Source: an uncultured Eubacteriales bacterium
Lineage (GTDB): Bacteria; Bacillota; Clostridia; Oscillospirales; Oscillospiraceae
Length of the DNA stretch: 64,000 bases
Assembly (NCBI GenBank): GCA_934597725.1
Contig: CAKTSK010000005.1
Span: forward strand, 21,111-85,110
Reading direction: 5' to 3'
In this document: piece by piece, positions 49,710 through 59,203 of the stretch
Numbering within the stretch: the stretch's first letter is position 1
How the letters are laid out: each line of letters starts with the position of its first letter
Made by a program: the position numbers and the translations under genes
Notes under the pieces: generated by a model
What the model saw: only the letters and a program-made list of their open reading frames with translations
Databases searched by the model: none
Told to the model about the DNA's origin: nothing

Positions 49710-50579
49710 ATGACCGAATCCTGTTCCCCGGCCCGCTGCCGCCGGGGCCTGACTGACACCGCCCTCAAGGGCATCGCCGCCGCCGCCATGGTGCTGGACC
49801 ACATCCACTATCTCTTCGGCAGCACCGGGCACATCCCCGTCTGGTTCTCCATGGTGGGGCGGCTGGCCGCGCCGATCTTCCTGTTCTGCCTGGTGGAGGG
49901 GTTTGTCCACACCCGGAACCGCCCGGCCTACCTCTTCCGGGTCTGGATCGTGGCCGCTCCCATGGGGCTGCTGCTCTTTTTCATGCGCTATGCCGGGGTG
50001 CTGGTGCGGCCGGACGGGTTTTATCCCGAAAACTCCATGATGAGCACCTTTGTCCTGCTGCTGCTGTTTTTCCAGGGCTTCACCTGGCTGGCCAGCCGCC
50101 GGGTCAAAACCGTCCTGCTGGGGCTGGGGCTGGTGGTCTTTCTGGTGGCCTGGCCCTTCCTGGCCGGGTACGGCACCCTCCTCTTCCCTGCCGCCGCCAA
50201 CGTGCTCGGGGTCCTGGGCTATGCAGTGATCCCCACCATGAACATCACCGGGGACCTGAGCCTGCCGGTCCTGCTGGCGGGGCTGGCGCTCTTTTTCACC
50301 AAAAAGAGCCGGCTGGCGCAGGTGATCGCCCTGTGCGCGGTGGAGTTTGGCTGGCACTTCCTGCTGGTGTATGCCCAGGTACGCACCTGGCCGGGGTTTG
50401 CCCTGTCCCAGATGTTCACCGTTTATTGTGATTGGATGGGCGGTTTTCTGGCCGCGCCCCTGCTGCTGTGCTATAATGGACAGCGGGGCCGGGGATACCG
50501 GCGCTTCTTCTACGCCTTTTATCCCGCCCACATCTATTTGCTCTACGCGCTGTCCTGGCTGCTGCTGGCCGCCGGGTGA
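49710..50579 (+). CDS. TraX-family membrane protein
   Basis: LKGIAAAAMVLDHIHYLF N-terminal TraX motif; multi-TM. Confidence 0.7.
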   Translation: MTESCSPARCRRGLTDTALKGIAAAAMVLDHIHYLFGSTGHIPVWFSMVGRLAAPIFLFCLVEGFVHTRNRPAYLFRVWIVAAPMGLLLFFMRYAGVLVRPDGFYPENSMMSTFVLLLLFFQGFTWLASRRVKTVLLGLGLVVFLVAWPFLAGYGTLLFPAAANVLGVLGYAVIPTMNITGDLSLPVLLAGLALFFTKKSRLAQVIALCAVEFGWHFLLVYAQVRTWPGFALSQMFTVYCDWMGGFLAAPLLLCYNGQRGRGYRRFFYAFYPAHIYLLYALSWLLLAAG

Positions 50580-50593
50580 AAGGAGGTTTTCCC

Positions 50594-51274
50594 ATGGCGC
50601 ACATTTTAGCCGTGGACGACGACCCGGATCTGCGCCGTCTGGTGGCCACCGCCCTGGAACGGGACGGCCATCAGGTGACCTGCCTGGACCGGGGCAGCGC
50701 CGTCACCGCCGCCCATTGCCGCTGGGCCCACTGCATCCTGCTGGACGTGATGATGCCCGGCGAGGACGGCTTTGCCACCTGCCGGCGCATCCGGGCCCTG
50801 GCCGACTGCCCGATCCTCTTCCTCACCGCCAAGACCGGGGAGGCCGACGTCATCCAGGGCCTGGGGCTGGGCGGCGACGACTACCTGCTCAAGCCCTTCC
50901 GGCTGGGAGAGCTGCGGGCGCGGGTGGCCGCTCATCTGCGCCGCCAGGGCCGCGCCCCCCAGCGGCGGGTCCGCCGGGGCGGCCTGGACTTCGACCTGGG
51001 GGAAAAGGTCCTCTATCGGGAGGAGGTCCCCGTCCGCCTCACCCGGGGCGAATATGCCATCTGCGAACACCTGGCCCTGCACAGCGGCCAGACCTTTTCC
51101 AAGGAGCAGATCTATGAGGCGGTCTTTGGCTTCGACGCCACCGGCGGCGAGAGCGCCGTCACCGAACACATCAAAAACATCCGCGCAAAGCTCCGGGGCC
51201 TGGGGTGCGATCCCATTGCCACCGTCTGGGGGGTAGGATACCGATGGAAACGAGAGGACGAAACAAAGGGCTGA
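50594..51274 (+). CDS. OmpR-family response regulator
   Basis: Receiver (ILAVDDDPDLRRLV...ILLDVMMPGEDG) plus winged-helix domain (VWGVGYRW); RBS GAAAGGAGG. Confidence 0.85.
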   Translation: MAHILAVDDDPDLRRLVATALERDGHQVTCLDRGSAVTAAHCRWAHCILLDVMMPGEDGFATCRRIRALADCPILFLTAKTGEADVIQGLGLGGDDYLLKPFRLGELRARVAAHLRRQGRAPQRRVRRGGLDFDLGEKVLYREEVPVRLTRGEYAICEHLALHSGQTFSKEQIYEAVFGFDATGGESAVTEHIKNIRAKLRGLGCDPIATVWGVGYRWKREDETKG

Positions 51275-52632
51275 CCCTGAACGGCCTGTTCTGGCGCTAT
51301 CTGCTCACCACAGCCGCCTGGTCTGCGGCCCTCTGCCTGGCGGCGCTGTATCTGGTCCAGCTCCTGGTCCTGCTGGGGGTGATCCTCCCAGCGTGGGCCG
51401 GGGAATGGTCGCTGGACCAGACCGCCGCCGCCCTTCAGGCCCAGGAGACCTTTGCGCCGGAGGAGATCCCCTTCTTCTATCAATACGCGCTGGTGGAGGA
51501 CGGGACCCTGCTGGAAACCAACATGACCGAGCAGGAGCAGGACTGGGCCCGGCAGGTGCTGGCCGGCGACACCGCCCGCCACGGCTTTCCCTACACCAAG
51601 TATTACCGCACCGTCCCCCTGGCTGACGGGCGGCGCTGTCTGCTCCAGTATGACTATGCCGTCCGGTACACCGACCCGGTCCTCCGGGAGGCGCTGCCCG
51701 ACTTTCAGCTCACCACCCTGCTTCTGCTGGCGGCGCTGCTTCTGTTGGTGGCCTTGCGGCGCACCCGGCGCTATGCCCGGCTGCTGCGCCGGGACGCCCA
51801 GGCCATCACCGCAGCCTGTCAGGGGGTCGCCCGGCAGGATCTGGAAGCGCCTTTCCCCCAGACCGCCCAGGTCCAGGAACTGCAGGCCGCCCTGGCCGCC
51901 CTGGACACACTTCGTCAGGAACTGTCCCGCTCGCTGCAGGAGCAGTGGGCAGGAGAGCAGCAGAAGGACGCGCTGCTGGCCGCGCTGGCCCACGACCTAA
52001 AAACACCCCTCACCATCATCGGCGGCAACGCTGAGCTGTTGGCGGAAGATCCCCTCCCCGCCGCCCAGGATGCCTGTGTGCAGGCTATCCTCCGGGGGAC
52101 GCAGACCGCCACGGACTATGTGGCCCGGCTTCAGGCCGTTGCCGCCGGCGGCATGGTCCCGCCGCCGGATCAGTCCCTTCCTCTCCCGGCGCTGGCGGCG
52201 GAGCTGGAGACCTTGTGCCGGGATCTGTCCGCTGCCCAGGGCGTGCCGGTCTCCTGGCAGACGGAGCCTTCCTCCCTGCCGGCGCGCCCCATCGCCGGGG
52301 CGCGGGACGCGCTGATCCGGGCGGCAGAAAATCTGCTGAGCAACGGCATCCGCTACAACCCGCCGGACCAGCCCCTGGCCTGCGGGCTGCGGTTGGAGGA
52401 GGACACCGTCTCGTTCTGGGTCCAGGACAGCGGCCCCGGCTTTTCTCAGGAGGCCCTGCACAAGGCCGGAAAGACCTTCTACACAGAGGAGGCCAGCCGG
52501 CCTCAAGGGGGGCATCTTGGGCTGGGACTCTACTCCGCCGCCCAAACCGCCCGAGCCTATGGCGGGGGCCTGCGGCTGGAAAACACCGCCGTCGGAGGCC
52601 GTGCCACCCTCTGGTTTCCTGTGGCTCGCTGA
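51244..52632 (+). CDS. Sensor histidine kinase (two TM segments, extracytoplasmic loop)
   Basis: H-box LAALAHDLKTPLT; HATPase_c N/G boxes (NLLSNGIRYN, DSGPGF, GLGLGLY); overlaps the response-regulator 3' end. Confidence 0.8.
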   Translation: METRGRNKGLTLNGLFWRYLLTTAAWSAALCLAALYLVQLLVLLGVILPAWAGEWSLDQTAAALQAQETFAPEEIPFFYQYALVEDGTLLETNMTEQEQDWARQVLAGDTARHGFPYTKYYRTVPLADGRRCLLQYDYAVRYTDPVLREALPDFQLTTLLLLAALLLLVALRRTRRYARLLRRDAQAITAACQGVARQDLEAPFPQTAQVQELQAALAALDTLRQELSRSLQEQWAGEQQKDALLAALAHDLKTPLTIIGGNAELLAEDPLPAAQDACVQAILRGTQTATDYVARLQAVAAGGMVPPPDQSLPLPALAAELETLCRDLSAAQGVPVSWQTEPSSLPARPIAGARDALIRAAENLLSNGIRYNPPDQPLACGLRLEEDTVSFWVQDSGPGFSQEALHKAGKTFYTEEASRPQGGHLGLGLYSAAQTARAYGGGLRLENTAVGGRATLWFPVAR

Positions 52633-52635
52633 CCA

Positions 52636-52681
52636 GACCGCCCCGTTCCCTGCACCGGCAGGAGACCGGGGCGGTTTTTTT
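52636..52681 (+). terminator. Intrinsic terminator after the histidine kinase gene
   Basis: GACCGCCCCG...CGGGGCGG stem followed by TTTTTTT. Confidence 0.6.
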
Positions 52682-52764
52682 GCGGTCAGGCGCTGGACAT
52701 CTGCTGCGGAAGGGCGTATCCTTGGCCTATCCTTCCCGGTCCGCCGGGAGAAAGGTCGTGGACA

Positions 52765-53097
52765 ATGGAACCCTTTTCCTATTGCAAATTGGAGATCTTT
52801 GTGCCGCCCACCCACCTGGACGCCATCGCGGAGGCCCTGGCCGGGGTGGACGCGGGGCACATTGGCCGGTATGACCGCTGCCTGTCCTACTCCCCCGTCA
52901 CCAGCCGCTGGCGGCCGCTGGATGGGACCCGGCCCTATCTGGGGACCCAGGGTCAGGTCAGCCAGGAGGAGGAGTGGAAGGTGGAGGTCACCTGTCTGGC
53001 CGCCCGGGCGGCGGAGACCGTGGCCGCCGTCAAGGCGGTGCATCCCTATGAGGAGCCGGTGATCAACGTCCTGCCCCTCTGGGGCGTGGGACTGTGA
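52765..53097 (+). CDS. Stand-alone PII-like-fold protein related to the Nif3/YqfO insertion domain and CutA
   Basis: 110 aa; KLEIFVP..HLD...AL..AGAGHIG.Y..C....P....W.PL.G..P..G...HPYEEP pattern. Confidence 0.5.
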   Translation: MEPFSYCKLEIFVPPTHLDAIAEALAGVDAGHIGRYDRCLSYSPVTSRWRPLDGTRPYLGTQGQVSQEEEWKVEVTCLAARAAETVAAVKAVHPYEEPVINVLPLWGVGL

Positions 53098-53200
53098 GCT
53101 TGTCCCTTGCGCCGGGGAGAGAGATGGTCTATACTAAGGAAAATATTCGTCTCGTCCGGCCCACCGGACCCAGACAGACCCCCTGAAGGGAGAGAGAACG

Positions 53201-54406
53201 ATGCTGACACTCGACAAAATCTATCACGCCGCGTTCGTGCTGAAAAAAGTGGCCCGGAAGACCGACCTCATCCGGGCCACCAAACTCTCGGACCAGTGTG
53301 AACTTTATCTGAAAACCGAAAATCTCCAGGAGACCGGCAGCTTCAAGCTCCGGGGCGCGTACTATAAGATCAGCCAGCTCACGGAGGAGGAAAAGAGCCG
53401 GGGCATCCTGGCCTGCAGCGCCGGCAACCACGCCCAGGGCGTGGCCATGGCCGCCACCCAGAGCGGCATCCGGGCCCTCATCTGTATGCCCGACGGCGCG
53501 CCCATCAGCAAGGTGGAGGCCACCAAGCAGCTGGGGGCGGAGGTCCGCCTGGTCAAGGGGGCCTATGACGACGCCTATGCCGCCGCCATGGCCCTCCAGG
53601 AGGAGACCGGCGCCACCTTCATCCACCCCTTTGACGACGATCAGGTCATCGCCGGCCAGGGCACCATCGGCCTGGAGATCCTGGACGAGCTGGAAAACCC
53701 CGACGCGGTGGTGGTCCCCATCGGTGGCGGCGGGCTGATCTCCGGCGTGGCCTACGCCATCAAGCACCTCAACCCCAAGGTGAAGGTCTACGGTGTTCAG
53801 GCCGCCGGCGCTGCCGGCATGGCCGAGAGCCAGCGGGCCGGCGAGCCTATCACCCTGGACCGAGCAGACACCTTTGCCGACGGCATCGCCGTCAAGCACC
53901 CCGGCGACCTGACCTATCAGCTGGTCCACGACTATGTGGACGAGATCGTCACCGTCACCGAGGACGAGATTGCCACGGCCATCCTCTCCCTGCTGGAGAA
54001 GCAAAAGGTCATCGCCGAGGGGGCCGGGGCGGTGAGCGTGGCCGCTGTCCTGTTCAACAAGCTGCCCCTCCAGGGGAAAAAGGTGGTCTGCATCGTCTCC
54101 GGGGGCAACATCGACGTGAACATCCTCAGCCGGGTCATCACCCGGGGGCTGGTGACCAGCGGGCGCAACGTGAGCCTCACCATCGCCCTGGCGGACAAGC
54201 CCGGCCAGCTGCAGGAGGTCTCGGACATCGTGGCCCAGTGCGGGGGCAACGTGGTCTCGGTCCACCACGACCGTGCCGACGCCAACATGGCCATCACCAG
54301 CTGCTTCCTCAAGCTGGGGCTGGAGACCCGGGACCAGGCCCAGATCGACCAGATCAAGCAGGCCCTGACCCAAGCGGGCTTCCATCTGGTCACCGAGCGG
54401 GTCTGA
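53201..54406 (+). CDS. ilvA: Threonine ammonia-lyase (threonine dehydratase) with C-terminal ACT-like domain
   Basis: PLP motif ETGSFKLRGA; tandem Gly loop GGGGLISG; 401 aa. Confidence 0.9.
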   Translation: MLTLDKIYHAAFVLKKVARKTDLIRATKLSDQCELYLKTENLQETGSFKLRGAYYKISQLTEEEKSRGILACSAGNHAQGVAMAATQSGIRALICMPDGAPISKVEATKQLGAEVRLVKGAYDDAYAAAMALQEETGATFIHPFDDDQVIAGQGTIGLEILDELENPDAVVVPIGGGGLISGVAYAIKHLNPKVKVYGVQAAGAAGMAESQRAGEPITLDRADTFADGIAVKHPGDLTYQLVHDYVDEIVTVTEDEIATAILSLLEKQKVIAEGAGAVSVAAVLFNKLPLQGKKVVCIVSGGNIDVNILSRVITRGLVTSGRNVSLTIALADKPGQLQEVSDIVAQCGGNVVSVHHDRADANMAITSCFLKLGLETRDQAQIDQIKQALTQAGFHLVTERV

Positions 54407-54417
54407 TCCATCCGGCC

Positions 54418-54458
54418 TTGACAAACCCTTCCCGATAGGGTATGATGAACGACGTTCA
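54418..54458 (+). promoter_or_regulatory. tetR promoter (TTGACA-17-TATGAT) with overlapping 13-bp palindromic operator
   Basis: TGAACG-A-CGTTCA immediately 3' of the -10. Confidence 0.45.
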
Positions 54459-54473
54459 GTTAGGAGGCATGTT

Positions 54474-55031
54474 ATGCGAACTCTGGTTACCTCCCAGCCC
54501 GCCATCCTGGCGGCCAGCCGGGCGCTGCTCCGGCAGCAGGGGTGGCCGGCGGTCAACATCCGCGCCGTGGCCGCGGCCTGCGGGGTGTCGGTGGGTTCCA
54601 TCTACAACCACTTCCCCAGCAAGGCCGACCTCATCAGCGCCACCGTGGAGAGCATCTGGCAGGAGATCTTTCCCCAACCGGACGAGGACGTCGTGCTGCG
54701 GGACACCTTGGCCTGCCTGCGCTGGCTGTACCAGCAGCTGGCCCTGGGCCACGACCGGTATCCCGGCTTTTTCACCCTCCACTCCGTGGCCTTTCTGCCC
54801 GAGACCAAGGCCGACGGCAAGCGCCGGATGCAGCAAAGCTGGGACCACATCCAGCGCGCGCTGACCGCCGTGCTGACCCGGGACCCCAACGTCCGCCCCG
54901 ACGCCTTCGCCGGGGACCTGACGCCGGAGCAGTTTGCCCAGGTGCTGTTTTCCCTGCTCCTGTCGTCCCTGCTGCGCCAGGATTACGACCCTACCGCCGC
55001 CCTGGCTCTGGCCCGGACGGTGCTGTATTGA
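54474..55031 (+). CDS. TetR/AcrR-family transcriptional regulator
   Basis: TetR HTH (NIRAVAAACGVSVGSIYNHFPSKADL). Confidence 0.85.
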   Translation: MRTLVTSQPAILAASRALLRQQGWPAVNIRAVAAACGVSVGSIYNHFPSKADLISATVESIWQEIFPQPDEDVVLRDTLACLRWLYQQLALGHDRYPGFFTLHSVAFLPETKADGKRRMQQSWDHIQRALTAVLTRDPNVRPDAFAGDLTPEQFAQVLFSLLLSSLLRQDYDPTAALALARTVLY

Positions 55032-55143
55032 GAATCCGATCCCACGGCAACGTGGGATCCTTTTCCGCCAACTTCTGAACATCGTTCATCCCAGCCGTTC
55101 TGCCGTTGGGAGAAACTCTCTGACAAAAGAAAGGACCTCATCC

Positions 55144-55827
55144 ATGCAAGCCATCGCAGAAACCCTCTTTGACATCGTCTATCTAATCACCGTCCTCACC
55201 CTGGGCGTCCGCATGGTGCGGCGGGCCGGGGACCACCGGCAGTTCCGCCTGTTCGGCATCATGGCCATCGTGCTGGGGGCGGGCGACGCCTTCCATCTGG
55301 TCCCCCGGGCCGTGGCCCTGTGCACCACCGGGCTGGACCAGTACCCCGTGGCCCTGGGGCTGGGAAAGTGGATCACCTCTCTGACCATGACCGTGTTCTA
55401 TGTGCTGCTCTACCAGGTCTGGCGGCGGCGCTACCGGGTGGAGGGCCGCCGCGGCCTCTCTGCCGTCGTCTATGGGCTGGCCGGCCTGCGTATCCTGCTG
55501 TGCCTGCTGCCCCAGAACCAGTGGCTGACCGCTGACCCGCCGCTGCTGTGGGGGATCTGGCGCAACATCCCCTTCACCCTGCTGGGGCTGGTGATCCTGG
55601 TGCTGTTCTACCGCAGCGCCAAGGCCCAGGGGGACCGGGCCTTCCGGTGGATGTGGCTGACCATCGCCCTCAGCTTCGCCTTCTATCTGCCGGTGGTCCT
55701 GTGGGCCGACGCCGTTCCTCTGGTGGGGATGCTGATGATCCCCAAAACCTGCGCCTATGTCTGGGCCGTGGCCATCGGTTACCGGGCCATGGGCCAGGAG
55801 CTTGCGAAAGGAGATGCTGCCGCATGA
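55144..55827 (+). CDS. Hypothetical polytopic membrane protein
   Basis: 227 aa, ~6 TM; RBS AAAGGA; downstream of tetR. Confidence 0.5.
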   Translation: MQAIAETLFDIVYLITVLTLGVRMVRRAGDHRQFRLFGIMAIVLGAGDAFHLVPRAVALCTTGLDQYPVALGLGKWITSLTMTVFYVLLYQVWRRRYRVEGRRGLSAVVYGLAGLRILLCLLPQNQWLTADPPLLWGIWRNIPFTLLGLVILVLFYRSAKAQGDRAFRWMWLTIALSFAFYLPVVLWADAVPLVGMLMIPKTCAYVWAVAIGYRAMGQELAKGDAAA

Positions 55828-56237
55828 AACGCTTTGCCACCCCTGCCCTGCTCTACGCCGTCCTCGCGCTGGCCGGCGGGGTGTTCTACCGGGAGTTCAC
55901 CAAGTTCCAGGACTTTTCCGGCCAGACCACCCTCTCGGTGCTCCACACCCACTACTTCCTGCTGGGCATGGTCGTTTTCCTGCTGCTCCTGCTGCTGGAA
56001 AAGAGTTTTTCCTTTGCCACGCCCAAAACCGGGCGGGTCCTGGTGGTTTATCACCTGGGCCTGAACCTCACTACCCTGATGCTGCTGGTGCGGGGGATCG
56101 TCCAGGTCCTGGCGCTTCCCCTCTCTGCCGCCGCCAACGGCGCGCTCTCCGGCGTGGCCGGGATCGGCCACCTGCTGCTGGGGGTGAGCCTGATCCTGCT
56201 GCTGGTCCAGATCCGCGCCGCAGCCCAGCGGGACTGA
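55824..56237 (+). CDS. Small membrane protein (DUF2871-like, 4 TM)
   Basis: ATGA-coupled to the upstream gene; 137 aa. Confidence 0.5.
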   Translation: MKRFATPALLYAVLALAGGVFYREFTKFQDFSGQTTLSVLHTHYFLLGMVVFLLLLLLEKSFSFATPKTGRVLVVYHLGLNLTTLMLLVRGIVQVLALPLSAAANGALSGVAGIGHLLLGVSLILLLVQIRAAAQRD

Positions 56238-56254
56238 GCAGCCCCAACCAGCCC

Positions 56255-56312
56255 ACAAAAAACGCGCCTTGTGTCGGGAACGAGTTCCCGGCGCAAGGCG
56301 CGTTTTGTTGTT
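56255..56312. terminator. Bidirectional intrinsic terminator between convergent genes
   Basis: AAAAAACGCGCCTTG...CAAGGCGCGTTTTGTTGTT with a nested CGGGAAC/GTTCCCG dyad. Confidence 0.6.
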
Positions 56313-57228
56313 ATTCCGTTGTGGCTGCGGGGGGCTGGGCCGTCTGCTGCTGCTTGGCCCGGGCGGCCTCCTGGAGGAACAGCATCCCACCCAGGGAGGT
56401 GTAGGGGGTCACGAACAGGTCCATGGCTCCATAGGTCAGCTGGGAGGCCAGGAACCAGAGCAGGTAGCTCAGCCGGAAGGAGAAGAACGCCTTCCGCACC
56501 CCCTTGGCACTCTGGAAGCCCCGGCGGAAGGTCTGGCCCAGGGAATACTCCGGGTGGGCACACAGGCAGTAGCGCACCGGCAGCACCAGGCTGTGCAGCC
56601 AGAAGGTGAACAGGCCCGCCGCCACCGCCAGCACCGTGCCGCCCGCCTGGAGGAGCATACTGCCGCTGGTCAGCGCCTCCACCGACGGGGTGGTGGTGTA
56701 GAACTGATAGAACAGGTACAGGCTGGGGACCATGGCCACCAGGCCCACGGCCCGCACCAGCACCGTCAGGACAAACTCCACCACCAGACTCTTGCCGAAC
56801 CGGGCGGGCTGGCGGAACCAGCGAAAGACCTCGTTGACGCTCTGCACCTGGCCCCGCATCACCCGCCAGTAGCCCTCCATGGCGCCCAGGCGCAGGGGGG
56901 AGAGCACCAGGAAGAAGAGGACGCTCAGCACGGCAAAGCGGACCATCTGCTGATAGGTCAGGGGGATGGCCAGGATCATCTGGGTCAGGTCCATGCGGAA
57001 CAGGATGTTCACCCCGTTGGCGTTCCAGTAGATCCCGCTGGTGGTGTCGCTGTATTGGGTCAGGTCCATGAGGCCATAGGTCAGGGTCCCGCCCAGCAGA
57101 TAGCGCAGGCCAAAGCAGGCCAGCTGGATGCACACCAGCAGCAGGGTCAGCCGCATACACAGCGGGTGGACCATGAGACGTTTGGCCAGGAACTTCATCT
57201 CCCGGCGAGGGGGCATCGTTGTTTTCAT
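56311..57228 (-). CDS. DUF975-family membrane protein
   Basis: 305 aa, multi-TM; RBS AAAGGAA. Confidence 0.55.
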   Translation of the reverse strand: MKTTMPPRREMKFLAKRLMVHPLCMRLTLLLVCIQLACFGLRYLLGGTLTYGLMDLTQYSDTTSGIYWNANGVNILFRMDLTQMILAIPLTYQQMVRFAVLSVLFFLVLSPLRLGAMEGYWRVMRGQVQSVNEVFRWFRQPARFGKSLVVEFVLTVLVRAVGLVAMVPSLYLFYQFYTTTPSVEALTSGSMLLQAGGTVLAVAAGLFTFWLHSLVLPVRYCLCAHPEYSLGQTFRRGFQSAKGVRKAFFSFRLSYLLWFLASQLTYGAMDLFVTPYTSLGGMLFLQEAARAKQQQTAQPPAATTE

Positions 57229-57253
57229 GTCAATTCCTTTCTTCCGCCCCGGG

Positions 57254-58891
57254 TCACAGGCCGTATTGGGCGGCGTCGGCCGGGCTGACCAGAACCACCT
57301 TGTCCCGGCTGCGGTAGACGCTGGTGCTCTCCAGCTTGGTGTCCTTCAGGCTGCCGTTTTCGTAGAGGTTGCGATAGACCTTCACCGTGTAGCCGGTGTA
57401 GGGGGTGACGCTCACCCGGGTGGACCCGGCGGGCAGGCTCTCGTCCACCTTGTAGACGGTCTGGTACCCGGTGGTCCCCACCACCTTGCTGGTCATCTCG
57501 ACCTTGATGTTGTCGCTCTTGGTCCCCAGGACGTTGACCGTCAGCGACCGGCCGGAGACCGAGGCCATCACCTTCACCGGGAAGGGCGTGTTGTTCTTGA
57601 ACCGGAAGTCCTTGACCCCGTAATAGACGGTGGCATCCATGCCGTCGGGCACATAGCGGGTGATATAGCCGTGGGGGTAGCGCTCCACGATCTCCAGGTT
57701 GGCCCGCAGGGTGGCCAGGTACAGGGTGGAGGAACCCTGGCAGACCCCGCCGCCGGTCTCCTGCACGGTCTCGCCCCCCACATAGGCGGGGGCGGGCAGG
57801 AAGCCCCGGGCCGCCGTGCGCCGGCCCACGCTGCCGTTATAGGAAAATACCTCTCCCGGCATCAGCGTCGTGCCGTTGAAGAGCTGGGCCGCCAGCCGGA
57901 TGTTCCCCACCCGGTTGGCCGTGCCGGCGATGTTGGTGGTGCAGGAGCCCAGCACATCCTGGTACAGCTTGGGGGTGAGGTCCTGGACTGTGACCTGGGG
58001 CTGGGTCACCTCCAGCGGAAACTCTGTGGTCTTGCCCCAGTCCAGGTCCGCAAAGGCAGCCCGGGCCTTGGCCGGGTCAAAGGACAGCCCGGTCCGGTCG
58101 GTCTGAAAGACCTTGGACGCCTGGTCAAACTTGGCGTCCCGGACCGGCCGCTCCACCTGGCCGAGGATCGTGTCCAGGTCCAGCTCCGGGGGCAGGTTCT
58201 CCGTCAGGGCCACGGTAAACTGGGGGTTGGCCTGGTCCAGGGTCACCATTTCGTCCCGGCCCAGGTAGGCAAAGACCTCCTCCTTTACCGCCTCCCGGTC
58301 CAGCGCGTAGCCCGGCTGGCCCTTGGTCATGGTCAGCTTGGTCTCCCCCGCCTCCCAGGTGGGTTCCACCGGCTCCCGGCAGAGGTTGGCCTCGATCTGG
58401 TCCAGGATGTCCTCCAGGCTCTGCCCGTTCTCATAGGCGGGCAGCACCGGGGTATCCTGAAACAGGCAGCGCAGATACCACCCGCCCCGGGCGGGGAAGG
58501 GCAGCTCGTTGCCCACCTGCCACGCTCTGCCGATGGAGGCAGGCAGGTCCGTCACCACGCTGGACAGAGGCACCGACACCGGCATCTCCTCCCCCTGGGC
58601 GGTGGTGACCCGGAAGAGCACGCCCCGGCTGTCGTCCGGCGGCTGCTCCTGCAAAGCCTGGTCCAGGGTCTGCTGGGCCTGCTCCTGGGTCAGGCCCCCC
58701 AGCTCCACGCCGTTGATGGTCACGTTGGGATAGATGACTCCCCGGCTGCCCACGCCGCACAAGATCCCATAGACACCCACGAGCACTGCCGCGGTCAGAC
58801 AGCAGGCCAGCAGCACCCGCTTGTTCCGGGACCCGCGTTTCTTCGGCTCCCTCGGTATCTCTTCCCGTTGTGTCTGTTCGTTGCGCTCCAT
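57254..58891 (-). CDS. VanW-family protein
   Basis: N-terminal TM anchor, central domains, C-terminal VanW domain (GGGVCQGSSTLYLATLRANLEIVERYPHGY); RBS GGAAAGGGGA. Confidence 0.8.
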   Translation of the reverse strand: MERNEQTQREEIPREPKKRGSRNKRVLLACCLTAAVLVGVYGILCGVGSRGVIYPNVTINGVELGGLTQEQAQQTLDQALQEQPPDDSRGVLFRVTTAQGEEMPVSVPLSSVVTDLPASIGRAWQVGNELPFPARGGWYLRCLFQDTPVLPAYENGQSLEDILDQIEANLCREPVEPTWEAGETKLTMTKGQPGYALDREAVKEEVFAYLGRDEMVTLDQANPQFTVALTENLPPELDLDTILGQVERPVRDAKFDQASKVFQTDRTGLSFDPAKARAAFADLDWGKTTEFPLEVTQPQVTVQDLTPKLYQDVLGSCTTNIAGTANRVGNIRLAAQLFNGTTLMPGEVFSYNGSVGRRTAARGFLPAPAYVGGETVQETGGGVCQGSSTLYLATLRANLEIVERYPHGYITRYVPDGMDATVYYGVKDFRFKNNTPFPVKVMASVSGRSLTVNVLGTKSDNIKVEMTSKVVGTTGYQTVYKVDESLPAGSTRVSVTPYTGYTVKVYRNLYENGSLKDTKLESTSVYRSRDKVVLVSPADAAQYGL

Positions 58892-59203
58892 GGTCCGTCC
58901 CCTTTCCTTGCCCCGCCTGGCGGGGCCTTGCGCAATGCCCATCCCGCGCCCGGGGGCGCGACCCTCATCCTGCGCCCTGCGGCGCAAAGGGGACCCCGAC
59001 AGGGTCCCTGGCAAATTTTCCCTTTCTTCGACAAGGGGATGGTTGGGATATATTATATGGAATTCAAGGGGAAAAATCAACACGGGAACGCAATTCCTCC
59101 GCCCCATTTTCCCCGTCCTATTTACTTTTTGTAGGAACCCTGTATAATGAAAGCGATCCAAGACCCTGCACTGGTTTATTTTTAGAAAGGGGAGTTTCCT
59201 CCA

